A DNA stretch of 64,000 nt, taken from assembly GCA_040753815.1 (NCBI GenBank), contig JBFMDU010000021.1, positions 172,856 through 236,855 on the forward strand. Reading direction: 5' to 3'. Of the stretch, positions 1 through 9,093 are shown piece by piece. The stretch's first letter is position 1, and every line of letters starts with the position of its first letter. A program made the translations under genes and the position numbers. The DNA is from Chloroflexota bacterium. GTDB lineage: Bacteria > Chloroflexota > Dehalococcoidia > GIF9 > JBFMDU01. The notes below the pieces were generated by a model. That model searched no databases and had not been told where the DNA came from. It saw nothing but the letters and a program-made list of their open reading frames with translations.

Positions 1-80
1 ACGGCCAGAAAGCGCTGACCGCGCATCATCACGCCTTCGATAACCGCCTGGCCGCCATAGTAGAAAGGCTTTTGAGGCAT
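1..80 (-). CDS. DUF1385/YqhQ-family membrane protein, 5' part only (runs off the window)
   Basis: Hand translation MPQKPFYYGGQAVIEGVMMRGQRFLA contains the GGQAVIEGVMMR signature; this family often follows rpmE. Confidence 0.85.
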   Translation of the reverse strand, partial: MPQKPFYYGGQAVIEGVMMRGQRFLA

Positions 81-132
81 ACTGACCCCGTTAAACAGTG
101 TTCAAGAGGACATTGTCCTCTTGCTATCTCCT

Positions 133-165
133 AAATAAAGAAGGAGCGGGCGCAACCGCTCCTTC
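133..165 (-). terminator. Intrinsic terminator after rpmE
   Basis: Perfect 10-bp stem GAAGGAGCGG/CCGCTCCTTC (140-165) followed on the minus strand by TTTATTT. Confidence 0.8.
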
Positions 166-187
166 GTAGTGCCGTTATTGTCCCGGG

Positions 188-394
188 CTAGTCCTGAATC
201 TTGTAGCGCTTCTTGTAGCGCTCGACTCGGCCGGCGGTATCAACGATGCGGCGCTCGCCGGTGAAGAAGGGGTGGCACTTACTGCATACTTCAACTTTTA
301 GCAGTTGCTTGGTGGAGCCGGTAGTAAAAGTGTTGCCGCAGGCGCAGACGACCTTGGCATCATGATAATACTTGGGATGAATCTTATCCTTCAT
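188..394 (-). CDS. rpmE: 50S ribosomal protein L31 (Zn-binding type)
   Basis: [26 protein letters not shown]. Confidence 0.98.
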   Translation of the reverse strand: MKDKIHPKYYHDAKVVCACGNTFTTGSTKQLLKVEVCSKCHPFFTGERRIVDTAGRVERYKKRYKIQD

Positions 395-653
395 GGGGGC
401 CTGCCACTATGGAGACTTTCTTTTTGCCGTTCTTGTTGGCTGGATCGAACTTGACGGTGCCACTGGCGAGAGCGAAGAGGGTGTGGTCGCGGCCGATACC
501 GACGTTGATGCCGGGCTCGATGCGGGTGCCGCGCTGGCGGACGATGATGGTACCGGCGTTGACTGACTGACCGGCATAGCGCTTGGTGCCGAGACGCTTA
601 CCCTGGCTGTCGCGGCCGCCAGCTACGCTGCCGGTGCCTTTCTTATGGGCCAT
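384..653 (-). CDS. rpmA: 50S ribosomal protein L27
   Basis: [32 protein letters not shown]. Confidence 0.98.
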   Translation of the reverse strand: MAHKKGTGSVAGGRDSQGKRLGTKRYAGQSVNAGTIIVRQRGTRIEPGINVGIGRDHTLFALASGTVKFDPANKNGKKKVSIVAGPHEG

Positions 654-655
654 GG

Positions 656-1255
656 TTACTTCTCCTTAGCCTTGGGACTGGTCTTCTTGCGGGTGGTCTT
701 TGGCTTGGGCGCTTCAGCCTTCGCCTTCTTTGGAGCGGCCTTTGGCTTGACGGTCTTCTTTTCCGCCTTCTCTGCCTTCTTAGGCGCCTTTTCAACCTTT
801 GGTTTCGGCGCCGCCTTCTTGACGGGAGCCTTGGCCTTCGGCTTTTCAGGCTTCACTTCCGGGGCTGGTTCAACAGCCTTGGGTGCTTCCTTGCGGATCG
901 CCTTCGGCTCAGGTTTGACCAATACCTCTGGCTCAGTCTCGCCGGGCTTAAGAATGCGTTGTATCGTCAGCTCGGTGTAGGGCTGGCGGTGGCCGAGCTT
1001 GCGGCGGTAGCGGTTCTTACGGCGGTACTTAAAGGCGATAACCTTGCGGTCTTTGGCCTCGGCCAGACAGGCGGCGATGACCCTGGCGCCCTCGATGAAT
1101 GGGCGGCCGAACAGTGCCTTCCCCCCATCGGCGATGACAAGGATGCGGTTAAGCTCGACGCGGTTGCCTGATGGAACGCCGAGCAGGTCAACCTTAACCT
1201 TCTGGCCGGGTGCAACCTTATACTGCTTGCCGCCGGTTTCAACAATCGCGTAAAT
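656..1255 (-). CDS. rplU: 50S ribosomal protein L21 with ATT start and long K/A/P/E-rich C-terminal extension (199 aa)
   Basis: Hand translation from 1255: [14 protein letters not shown]...[24 protein letters not shown], in frame with track ORF 656..922. GGAGGA SD lies 5 nt upstream; in-frame TAG at 1280-1282; no ATG/GTG/TTG in between. Confidence 0.93.
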   Translation of the reverse strand: MYAIVETGGKQYKVAPGQKVKVDLLGVPSGNRVELNRILVIADGGKALFGRPFIEGARVIAACLAEAKDRKVIAFKYRRKNRYRRKLGHRQPYTELTIQRILKPGETEPEVLVKPEPKAIRKEAPKAVEPAPEVKPEKPKAKAPVKKAAPKPKVEKAPKKAEKAEKKTVKPKAAPKKAKAEAPKPKTTRKKTSPKAKEK

Positions 1256-1289
1256 CGGAGTCCTCCAAACGTAAAAGCGCTAAAGGCGA

Positions 1290-1319
1290 ATTATAACAAT
1301 CAGCTTTGGGAAGTGTCAA
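1290..1319 (-). promoter_or_regulatory. sigma70-type promoter of rplU-rpmA-rpmE
   Basis: TTGACA-18 nt-TATAAT with TG extension on the minus strand. Confidence 0.8.
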
Positions 1320-1325
1320 GGTGCG

Positions 1326-1354
1326 TTGACCCGCTTATAGGCCGATGGTATTGT
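1326..1354 (+). promoter_or_regulatory. sigma70-type promoter of the alcohol dehydrogenase gene
   Basis: TTGACC-17 nt-TATTGT with TG extension. Confidence 0.6.
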
Positions 1355-1400
1355 ATGCTGGCGTTTCGGTTTTGCAAACTGCTTCTTATGGAGGCCGGAT

Positions 1401-2498
1401 ATGAAGATGAAGGCCGCGGTGCTGTACCAGCCGGGGAAACCGCTGGTGGTGGAGGAAGTTGAGCTTGACGACCCCGGCGAGAACGAGGTGATGGTGAAGT
1501 TGGTGGGGACCGGTGTCTGCCATACCGACCTTGGAGTCCAGGAGAAAGGTCTGGTGATGCCGATGGTTCTGGGGCATGAGGGGGCGGGTATTGTTTACGA
1601 AGCCGGCCCGGGTGTGACCACCAGCAAGCCCGGCGACCACGTTGTCCTGACCGGCGCCGCCAGTTGCGGGCGTTGCCCCACTTGCCGCAAGGGGCCGCCG
1701 GTGATGTGCGAGGTCTACCGGCCTTTTTACTTTAACGGGTATTTACCCGGTAAGCATATCCGGTTGCACAGCCTTAAGGGCCAGCCCATTCATCATTTCT
1801 TTATGCAGTCGTCTTTTGCCGAGTATGCTGTCGTGCCGGCAGACTGTGCGGTCAAGGTGCGTGATGATGCGCCGCTGGATACGGTAGGGGTGCTGGGTTG
1901 CGGGGTAAAGACAGGACTCGGTGCGGTGATTAACAAGCTGAGACCTGAAGTGGGTTCGTGCATAGCGGTCTTCGGCTGTGGTGGGGTGGGCATGAGCTCG
2001 ATAATGGGTGCCAGGCTCTGCGGTGCCGGCAAAATCATCGCCGTCGATGTGCTTGAAAGCAAGCTCAAGGCGGCAGTGGAATTCGGGGCAACACACCTTA
2101 TTAACTCCAAGAAGGAGGATGCGGTTGCGCGCATACGCCGGATTACGGGTGGTGGTGCTGATTACAGCGTTATGGCGGTGGGAAGTGTAGATGTTATCCC
2201 GCCGGCATTTGATTGTCTTCGCTTCGGTGGCACTTGTGTTGTAGTTGGAGCGCCGCCGGACGGCGGTAAGGCCAGCGTCGACCTGCTATCTCTTATCAGA
2301 GAGAAGAAGCTGGCCGGCTCGAGCATGGGTTCGGGCGTGTCCAGTCTCGATATCCCGGCCTGGGTTGACCTTTTCATGCAGGGGAGACTGCCGCTGGACA
2401 GGCTGGTCAGCCGGCGGTACCCCTTGGCGGAAATTAACACGGCATTCAAGGCGCTGGCTGGTGGCAAGGTCATCAAGCCGCTGATAGTGTTCGAATAG
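1401..2498 (+). CDS. Zn-dependent alcohol dehydrogenase (MDR family)
   Basis: CHTD and GHEG catalytic Zn motifs, structural CxxCxxC-x7-C, GCGGVG Rossmann motif; GGAGG SD. Confidence 0.95.
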   Translation: MKMKAAVLYQPGKPLVVEEVELDDPGENEVMVKLVGTGVCHTDLGVQEKGLVMPMVLGHEGAGIVYEAGPGVTTSKPGDHVVLTGAASCGRCPTCRKGPPVMCEVYRPFYFNGYLPGKHIRLHSLKGQPIHHFFMQSSFAEYAVVPADCAVKVRDDAPLDTVGVLGCGVKTGLGAVINKLRPEVGSCIAVFGCGGVGMSSIMGARLCGAGKIIAVDVLESKLKAAVEFGATHLINSKKEDAVARIRRITGGGADYSVMAVGSVDVIPPAFDCLRFGGTCVVVGAPPDGGKASVDLLSLIREKKLAGSSMGSGVSSLDIPAWVDLFMQGRLPLDRLVSRRYPLAEINTAFKALAGGKVIKPLIVFE

Positions 2499-2523
2499 CG
2501 CTCGAGGGCATCATCGAGGGCTA

Positions 2524-2559
2524 TGTCATTCCGAAGGAGCGTTAGCGACTGAGGAATCT
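2524..2559 (+). repeat. REP-like element TGTCATTCCGA..GAGCG..GCGAC.GAGGAATC (copy A)
   Basis: Near-identical to the reverse complement of 10143-10176 and related to 11536-11563. Confidence 0.75.
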
Positions 2560-2581
2560 GGCGGGGTTGGGAAAGTACGGG

Positions 2582-2610
2582 TTGATTTTACAGGGATATT
2601 GGGTTATTAT
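2582..2610 (+). promoter_or_regulatory. Promoter of the pan operon
   Basis: TTGATT-17 nt-TATTAT upstream of the structured leader. Confidence 0.6.
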
Positions 2611-2619
2611 ATTAACCGT

Positions 2620-2785
2620 GGCCACTGACTCGTAGAGCGGTGAGCTGGCAGTTCCGGCGGAAGCCGGGACGCTTTATAAATTGAGCCAGGGTTAGAGTCG
2701 CTTGGATCGGCAACGACCGAGACGTACTGAATACGCAAGTCTCTTAACGCCTTCTCGGTTTGCTGAGAAGGCGTTTTTTATTTTT
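2620..2785 (+). ncRNA. Structured 5' leader/attenuator of the pantothenate operon (pan RNA motif-like)
   Basis: Two stem-loops with UAGAG in their loops, a GGAA tetraloop hairpin (2651-2670), an antiterminator (2715-2722 pairing 2753-2760) and a terminator, all directly upstream of the pan genes. Confidence 0.75.
2746..2785 (+). terminator. Leader (attenuator) terminator upstream of the pan genes
   Basis: AACGCCTTCTCGG-TTTG-CTGAGAAGGCGTT followed by a long T tract, ~40 nt before the first start codon. Confidence 0.9.
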
Positions 2786-2823
2786 CGAGGGGCACAGCCC
2801 TTCGAACTTCCCGAGGAGGAAGA

Positions 2824-3696
2824 GTGAAGGTCGGGTTTATCGGGGCGGGGACGGTAGGGACGGCCATGGCCGTCCGGCTGTCACAGCGCGGCTACCGGGT
2901 GGTGGCCGCGGCAAGCCGCACCTATGCTTCAGCGGAGAAACTGGCCGCCGCTGTCAAGAGCTGTAAGGCCTATCCGAAGCTTCAGGACGCGGCTGAGGCC
3001 GCTGACCTTGTTTTCATCACAACCCCGGATGCGTCCATCGGCCAGGTGGCGGGGAAGCTTAAATGGCGCAAGGGCCAGTATGTTTGCCACTGCTCCGGCG
3101 CCGACTCGCTGGATGTCCTCAAGCCGGTTGAAACCTCTGGGGCTATCCCCGGCGGCTTTCATCCCCTCCAGACCTTTGCCAGCGCCGTCCAGGCAATTGA
3201 GAACCTGCCCGGCTCGACCTTCGGCATTGAGGCGGCAGAGCCGCTCCTGGGGACTCTCAAACAGATGGCCAATGACCTCCACGGGAGCTGGGTGGTGCTC
3301 AAGGCCGGCGATAAGGTGCTTTATCACGCCGCGGCGGTTATTTCCTGCAACTATCTGGTCACATTGACCAAGCTGGCTACCGACCTGTGGCGGAACTTTG
3401 GTGTGGCGCCGCCCAGGGCCATCGAGGCGCTGATGCCGCTTCTCCGTGGCACCCTGAATAACCTGACCAATGTTGGTCTGCCCAACGCTCTCACCGGCCC
3501 CATCGCCCGGGGCGATGTTGGCACCGTGGAAAAGCACCTGGCGGCGCTGGGCAGGTCGTCGCCGCGCCTTTTAAGCACTTACAAGGAACTTGGAATGCAG
3601 ACCATTCCCATCGCCGTGGCCAAAGGCAAGTGCAACCCGGCCGCGGCCGATAAGATGCGGGCCCTTTTCAGAACAACAAAGCAGGAGAGGAACTAG
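2824..3696 (+). CDS. panG: Rossmann-like/DUF2520 oxidoreductase, probable PanG-type ketopantoate reductase
   Basis: GAGTVG, HCSGA, FHPLQTF, YHAAAV, LTGPIARGD motifs; first gene of the pan operon. Confidence 0.85.
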   Translation: MKVGFIGAGTVGTAMAVRLSQRGYRVVAAASRTYASAEKLAAAVKSCKAYPKLQDAAEAADLVFITTPDASIGQVAGKLKWRKGQYVCHCSGADSLDVLKPVETSGAIPGGFHPLQTFASAVQAIENLPGSTFGIEAAEPLLGTLKQMANDLHGSWVVLKAGDKVLYHAAAVISCNYLVTLTKLATDLWRNFGVAPPRAIEALMPLLRGTLNNLTNVGLPNALTGPIARGDVGTVEKHLAALGRSSPRLLSTYKELGMQTIPIAVAKGKCNPAAADKMRALFRTTKQERN

Positions 3697-3699
3697 AAA

Positions 3700-4095
3700 A
3701 TGAGGACCATGCTCAAGGCTAAAATCCACCGCGCCCATGTCACCCACACCAACGTCGATTACGAGGGCAGTATCGCTATCGACAAGCTCCTGCTCGATGC
3801 CGCCGATATTCTGCCCTACGAGCGGGTGGAAGTGCTTAATATTAATAACGGGGCGCGCTTCAGCACCTATGTCATTGAAGGCCCCAAAGGTTCGGGGATG
3901 ATTGGCCTTAACGGCGCCGCGGCGCGGCTGGTGGCCAGGGGTGATACCGTTATCATTCTTACCTACACTGATGTCCCGGATGCCCAGGCCATCACCATGA
4001 CGCCGCGCCTGGTCTATGTTGACACTGAAAACCACATTACCAGCGTCAAGGGTGTAAGGGACGAGGCGCCTTATCTGACTGCCGTCAGCGCCTGA
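3700..4095 (+). CDS. panD: Aspartate 1-decarboxylase
   Basis: [14 protein letters not shown] (G-S autocleavage site), NGAAAR. Confidence 0.98.
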   Translation: MRTMLKAKIHRAHVTHTNVDYEGSIAIDKLLLDAADILPYERVEVLNINNGARFSTYVIEGPKGSGMIGLNGAAARLVARGDTVIILTYTDVPDAQAITMTPRLVYVDTENHITSVKGVRDEAPYLTAVSA

Positions 4096-4108
4096 AGAGG
4101 AGGCCGCC

Positions 4109-4930
4109 ATGCGCTACACCATCGCCGATATCCGGGAAATGAAGGCCCGGAAAGAAAAGGTCCTCATGATTACGGCCTATGACTATGCCACCGCCAGGCT
4201 GGTAGAAGAGGCCGGCATGCACATGATACTGGTCGGCGACAGCCTGGGTATGGTGGTGCTTGGCTACGAATCGACCATCCCGGTGACCATGGATGAGATG
4301 ATTCATCACACCCGTGCCGTCACCCGGGCGACCAAGAAATGCCTGGTGGTCGGCGATATGCCGTTCATGACTTATACCGTAAGCGTCGAGGACGCTTTGA
4401 GGAACGCCGCCCGCTTCATCCGGGAGGGTGGCTGTCAGTCGGTCAAGCTGGAGGGCGGCGAGATGGTAGCGGAAACAGTGCGGCGCATTGTCAATTGCGG
4501 CATCCCTGTTTGCGGGCACATCGGGTTGACGCCGCAATCGGTCAATCAGATGGGCGGCTATAAGATACAGGGCAAGACGCCGGAAGCCGCGGCAAAACTT
4601 CTAAATGATGCTGTCTGTCTTGAGCAGGCCGGGGCGTTTGCTGTTGTTCTCGAATGTGTGCCCTCGGAGCTGGCCAAACTCATCAGCCGGTGTATCGCCA
4701 TTCCAACCGTCGGCATCGGCGCCGGGCTTGACTGCGATGGGCAGGTCCAGGTGGTCAGCGATGTCCTCGGTTTCTACGAGCTGGCCCCGAAGCACGCTAA
4801 GAAGTATGCCAATCTGGCCGAGACTATTAAGAAGGCGGTGGCCGACTACGCCGCCGAGGTAAAGGCCGGGACCTTCCCGACGGCCAAGCAGAGCTACTCG
4901 ATGGACGCGAAACTGCTGGAGGGGCTTTAG
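4109..4930 (+). CDS. panB: 3-methyl-2-oxobutanoate hydroxymethyltransferase
   Basis: TAYD, LVGDSLGM, DMPF, VKLEGG, GHIGLTPQS. Confidence 0.98.
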   Translation: MRYTIADIREMKARKEKVLMITAYDYATARLVEEAGMHMILVGDSLGMVVLGYESTIPVTMDEMIHHTRAVTRATKKCLVVGDMPFMTYTVSVEDALRNAARFIREGGCQSVKLEGGEMVAETVRRIVNCGIPVCGHIGLTPQSVNQMGGYKIQGKTPEAAAKLLNDAVCLEQAGAFAVVLECVPSELAKLISRCIAIPTVGIGAGLDCDGQVQVVSDVLGFYELAPKHAKKYANLAETIKKAVADYAAEVKAGTFPTAKQSYSMDAKLLEGL

Positions 4931-4940
4931 TCCGGCGGCG

Positions 4941-5774
4941 ATGAAGGTCGTCAACACCATCGTCGAAATGAAGCAGGTGCGCCGCGCCCTTAAGGGCACG
5001 GTCGGTTTCGTGCCCACCATGGGCTATCTCCACGAGGGGCATCTTTCGCTGGTCAGGCGCGCCAAGGCCGAGAACCTGACCGCCGTCGTCAGCATTTTCG
5101 TTAATCCCACCCAGTTCTTGCCCCATGAGGACTTCCGGAGCTATCCGCGTGATACCGGGCGCGATTTGAAGATGCTTGGAGAAGCCGGCGCCGATATTGT
5201 TTTCATGCCGGCGCCGGAGGAGATGTACCCGGCTGGCTATGATACCTGGGTTGACCTGGGCAAGGTGACCCAGCGGCTTGAAGGAGCTTCCCGTCCCGGC
5301 CATTTCAAAGGTGTGGCTACCGTGGTTGCCAAGCTGTTCAATATTGTCGAGCCGACTAAAGCCTACTTCGGCCAGAAAGACGCCCAGCAGTGCGTGGTTA
5401 TCAAGAAGATGGCGGAAGACCTCAATATGAATCTCGAGGTCGTCATCTGCCCCACGGTGCGCGAGCCGGACGGCTTGGCCATGAGCAGTCGTAATGTTTA
5501 TTTGACGCCGGAGGAGCGCAAAGCGGCGCTGGTGCTTTATAAATCGCTCATGCTGGCCAGAGAACTATATGAGAAGGGTGAGCGTGATGCTGAAAAGATA
5601 CGGGGCCGGATGCTGGAATTATTGAATGCCGAGCCGCTGGGGAAGGCGGACTACGTCAGTATCGCCGATGCCCGGACACTGGAAGAGCTAAAGGTCATCG
5701 ACCGGCCGGTGCTGGTCTCGCTGGCCTTCAAACTGGGCAAGCCACGGCTGATTGATAATATCCTGCTGGGGTAG
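4941..5774 (+). CDS. panC: Pantoate--beta-alanine ligase
   Basis: VPTMGYLHEGH, FVNPTQF, RPGHF, FGQKD, GLAMSSRN, RLIDN. Confidence 0.98.
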   Translation: MKVVNTIVEMKQVRRALKGTVGFVPTMGYLHEGHLSLVRRAKAENLTAVVSIFVNPTQFLPHEDFRSYPRDTGRDLKMLGEAGADIVFMPAPEEMYPAGYDTWVDLGKVTQRLEGASRPGHFKGVATVVAKLFNIVEPTKAYFGQKDAQQCVVIKKMAEDLNMNLEVVICPTVREPDGLAMSSRNVYLTPEERKAALVLYKSLMLARELYEKGERDAEKIRGRMLELLNAEPLGKADYVSIADARTLEELKVIDRPVLVSLAFKLGKPRLIDNILLG

Positions 5775-5858
5775 GGGACTGGTTTTACTCCATCTCTTAT
5801 TTAAGGTCATCTGGGGCCGATCCTTGGCAGGAGTTCGAGTTCGCCATGGCGGACCTTG

Positions 5859-5948
5859 TGGACAGTTCCCGAACTGCTGTTTGAGAAGAAGGGACTGATT
5901 CCGGCTTTGCAGCGGTTGCTTGTATTGTATCCGCTGCCGACAGTGTGA
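5859..5948 (+). repeat. Gene 3'-end remnant, copy 1 (WTVPELLFEKKGLIPALQRLLV...stop)
   Basis: 18 of 22 codons encode the same residue as in 9094-9159; differences are mostly synonymous. Confidence 0.8.
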
Positions 5949-6114
5949 CTTTAGCCCATAGGCATATCATTCAAAAACCTCGGCTCCTGAATTGTTGATA
6001 ATCATCACCGGTGATAGAATCACCAATAAGACATACAAAGTTGTGGATTGGTTCTAGGCCAATGCAAACAGACCACTGAGAAATATCAGTGGAGTGCCTC
6101 TATGGGGAGCAACC

Positions 6115-7339
6115 ATGAGAATTACCAAGAAAGAAGCTAGAGGTGAATCGCACTTTGTAAGATTTGTCGAAATCTTCTTTGCGGTAGTCCTCGGTTCGAG
6201 TCTCCTCCGGTTCAGTGACATACTGTTTCCACCTTCAATATCAACACCGAGCTTCTGGGCATTGGTTGTGGTTTATTTTGCGGCCACAACCAGTTGGATT
6301 GGCTGGCATGACTCTACAACTGAATATCCATATACTCAATCTACCCCTGGGCTGGCTAGGTCAGTATTGGATGCAGCCATCGTAGTGGTATATGCTGCTC
6401 TCCTATTCCTCGCAAGTCAGGTAGAACGTTATCTTTCTTGGTACTTATGGGGCTTTGTATTTGTATTTGTCATGTATTTATCTGTAGGACTAATTCGAAG
6501 GGCTGAGCACGGCCCTCAGGCTAGCAAGCTTCATCTAATCTTTGTTCATGGCGCAGTCTTGCTAATTGGAGCTGTCGCTTTCACAGTGTCGTCTTATTGG
6601 TCATGGCAACTTCCTGTAGAGATACTGTGGGTTCTAGTTCTCATGCCAATCGCAGTCGTAGGAAGCTACCGGTGGTTCCGAAACTGGCGTGCTTTACCAT
6701 GGACGGTAAGGATTACAGTTGCTGTGGACCTGGATGGCGTAATAGTCGAACAGGTTATCCCTGTGCTGGAGAAACTGAAAAATGAGGGGGGGCTGAGTCT
6801 TAGTAAATCTGACATAACCGATTGGGAATACAAGTTTTTGGAAACTGACATCAAGACTGAGATAGAAAAGGCTGAAAGAGAGCGAGTGTTTGTCTCTAAC
6901 ATGCCTCCGATGTTAGGTGCAGTCCGAGCACTTCAGATTCTCTCTTTAGCCAGGAATCTCAATGTGGTTGTTGCTACGAGTAGAGAGGTCTTGACCGACC
7001 GTTGGAACCAAGAATGGCTGAGTAAAAACCAGGTGCCCTACGGGAAATACATCAATACTCGTTCAGATGGGAAGGCCTTGCCCGGCGTGGACATACTTAT
7101 CGATGATTATATTGGTAACATTGAACAGTTCATTAGGAAGGGGACTGCTAACAGGCAAGCTATTCTGTTTGCTCAACCTTTGGAATCAAGATATTGGGGC
7201 AATAACTGACTTAATAGCACAGCGTAAAGTCAGGGTTGCACATAGCTGGCAGGCAGTTCTGGCCATATTGGGCTTTCACGGCGAACTTGAAGATGAAGAA
7301 CGGCGGAACGACAGGAGTAGCCTTTCTGTCCAGAAATAG
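6115..7339 (+). pseudogene. Multi-pass membrane domain fused to a HAD 5'(3')-deoxyribonucleotidase (NT5C-like), with a +1 frameshift near 7180
   Basis: About six hydrophobic helices, then VAVDLDGV, VATSR, K, LIDD. The family C-terminus (F.QPWNQ...RVAHSW) is split between track ORFs 6094..7209 and 7067..7339 at CCT-T-TGG. Confidence 0.75.
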
Positions 7340-7428
7340 CAGTCGCATAATAAACGGTTAGTCAAACGGGTTTGGTACACAATGCCCCAGTTATGCCAAA
7401 CTATTGAGCTAGAGGGGGCAGGGACATT

Positions 7429-9036
7429 ATGACGACACTTACATTCTACGGTGGCATCAATGAAATCGGGGGAAACAAGATACTCCTTGAGGATGACAAT
7501 CATGTGCTTCTTCTTGATTTCGGATTTCCATACAAGAGGCACAAACTCTTCTACGAAGAGTATCTGAAGCCCAGAAGCGGCGCAGGGCTTCTTGACCCGC
7601 TTACGATGGGATTACTGCCGCTGCTCGAAGGTATCTATAGAGAAGACCTTCAGACAGAGGACCTTTGGGGTGAATTTCGTGGTAGCCCCTTGTACCGCAA
7701 GCTAGACCAAGTGGATGGAATACTCCTATCGCATGCTCATCTTGACCATTCAGGGCACATATCATTTCTCAAGAATAACATCCCCGTTTACTCAACGGCA
7801 GCCACGGCGTTCATAGCGAAGGCCATCCAAGATTCTGGGAAATCTGATTTTGACCAACAGGTGTGCTACTTCAATCCCGCTACCCTTGACTGCCCTACCG
7901 GATGGAAGCAGATGGCTTTCCTTTCTGAGAACGTCGCCAAGCAGCAACGCCAGTTCTGTGTAGCTGACATAGCCCCGGATGACTTGAGCCAGAGTGCGAG
8001 GCAGTTTTGGAGTTCTGGATTTTGGGAGAAGACGCCAAGACAAAAAGAACTAGCTTCCTGCGCTCTGCTAAGCCATACCGGTTGTGCCTTGAACCTGCGT
8101 TGCTTTCCCGTGGACCATTCCATACCTGGCGCCTGTGCCTGGGCAATTGAGACGAGTGCAGGGTGGGTCATCTACAGCGGAGACTTGCGTCTTCACGGTA
8201 AACGAGCTGCACTGACCAGCAGATTCGTCAATGAAGCAAGTGCCCTTCGCCCGCGAGCCCTCATACTAGAAGGCACTAACATAGGGCGGGCAACGAACGT
8301 AGCCGAGCACGAAGTCTATGATAATGCCCTTAGGGCCATCGCAAGTTCCCACGGCCTTGTGATAGCAGATTTTCCCGCTAGAGATGTAGACAGGCTGCTC
8401 ACCTTTCTACAAATTGCGAGGGACACGGGTAAGAAGCTGGCTATACTGTCCAAAGATGCCTATCTCCTGAAGACTATGCGGCTTCTCGAGCAGACCGTCC
8501 CGGATATTGCCACGGACGAAAACGTAGTAATTTACCAAGACACCATTGCGAGCAGGCATCCCAGCCTATGGATGCGCAACCTCTTCCAGGAATATGTCGG
8601 TAAGACCGTCTTGGCAAGTGATGTAAGCTCATCTCAGGACCAGTTTATCCTTTGCTTCAGCTTCTTCGACCTGAATGAACTCCCAAGCATACGTCCGAAA
8701 CCAGGTAGTCTATATTTGTTCAGTTCTAGCGAGCCTCACGATGAAGAGCAAGAGATTGACTTTCGCCGTCTACACAGCTGGCTTGAGCACTTCGAACTCA
8801 AAACGTTCGGACTCCCTACGGAGAAGGATGGTGAGTGGCAGATACCTGATGGGGAAAGAGGATTGCATGCTTCCGGCCATGCCTGTGGCACAGACCTCTT
8901 AAACATCGTCTGGGAAATCAACCCAGGGATTGTAATCCCGATTCATAGCGAGCAACCCCACTTCTACGCCGACCAGTTGGCAGGTAGTGACATTAGAGTC
9001 GTGCTACCGACTCCAGGCAAGCTAATCCAGATTTGA
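7429..9036 (+). CDS. MBL-fold beta-CASP nuclease (RNase J-related, archaeal-like subfamily)
   Basis: GGINEIGGN, LDFG, SHAHLDH, VDHSIPG, YSGDLR, HASGH, PIHSE. Confidence 0.88.
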   Translation: MTTLTFYGGINEIGGNKILLEDDNHVLLLDFGFPYKRHKLFYEEYLKPRSGAGLLDPLTMGLLPLLEGIYREDLQTEDLWGEFRGSPLYRKLDQVDGILLSHAHLDHSGHISFLKNNIPVYSTAATAFIAKAIQDSGKSDFDQQVCYFNPATLDCPTGWKQMAFLSENVAKQQRQFCVADIAPDDLSQSARQFWSSGFWEKTPRQKELASCALLSHTGCALNLRCFPVDHSIPGACAWAIETSAGWVIYSGDLRLHGKRAALTSRFVNEASALRPRALILEGTNIGRATNVAEHEVYDNALRAIASSHGLVIADFPARDVDRLLTFLQIARDTGKKLAILSKDAYLLKTMRLLEQTVPDIATDENVVIYQDTIASRHPSLWMRNLFQEYVGKTVLASDVSSSQDQFILCFSFFDLNELPSIRPKPGSLYLFSSSEPHDEEQEIDFRRLHSWLEHFELKTFGLPTEKDGEWQIPDGERGLHASGHACGTDLLNIVWEINPGIVIPIHSEQPHFYADQLAGSDIRVVLPTPGKLIQI

Positions 9037-9093
9037 CCTGTTAGTTCAAGGAGACTCAATAATAGGTTGACACTGTGATTCAAGCGGCTTTAT

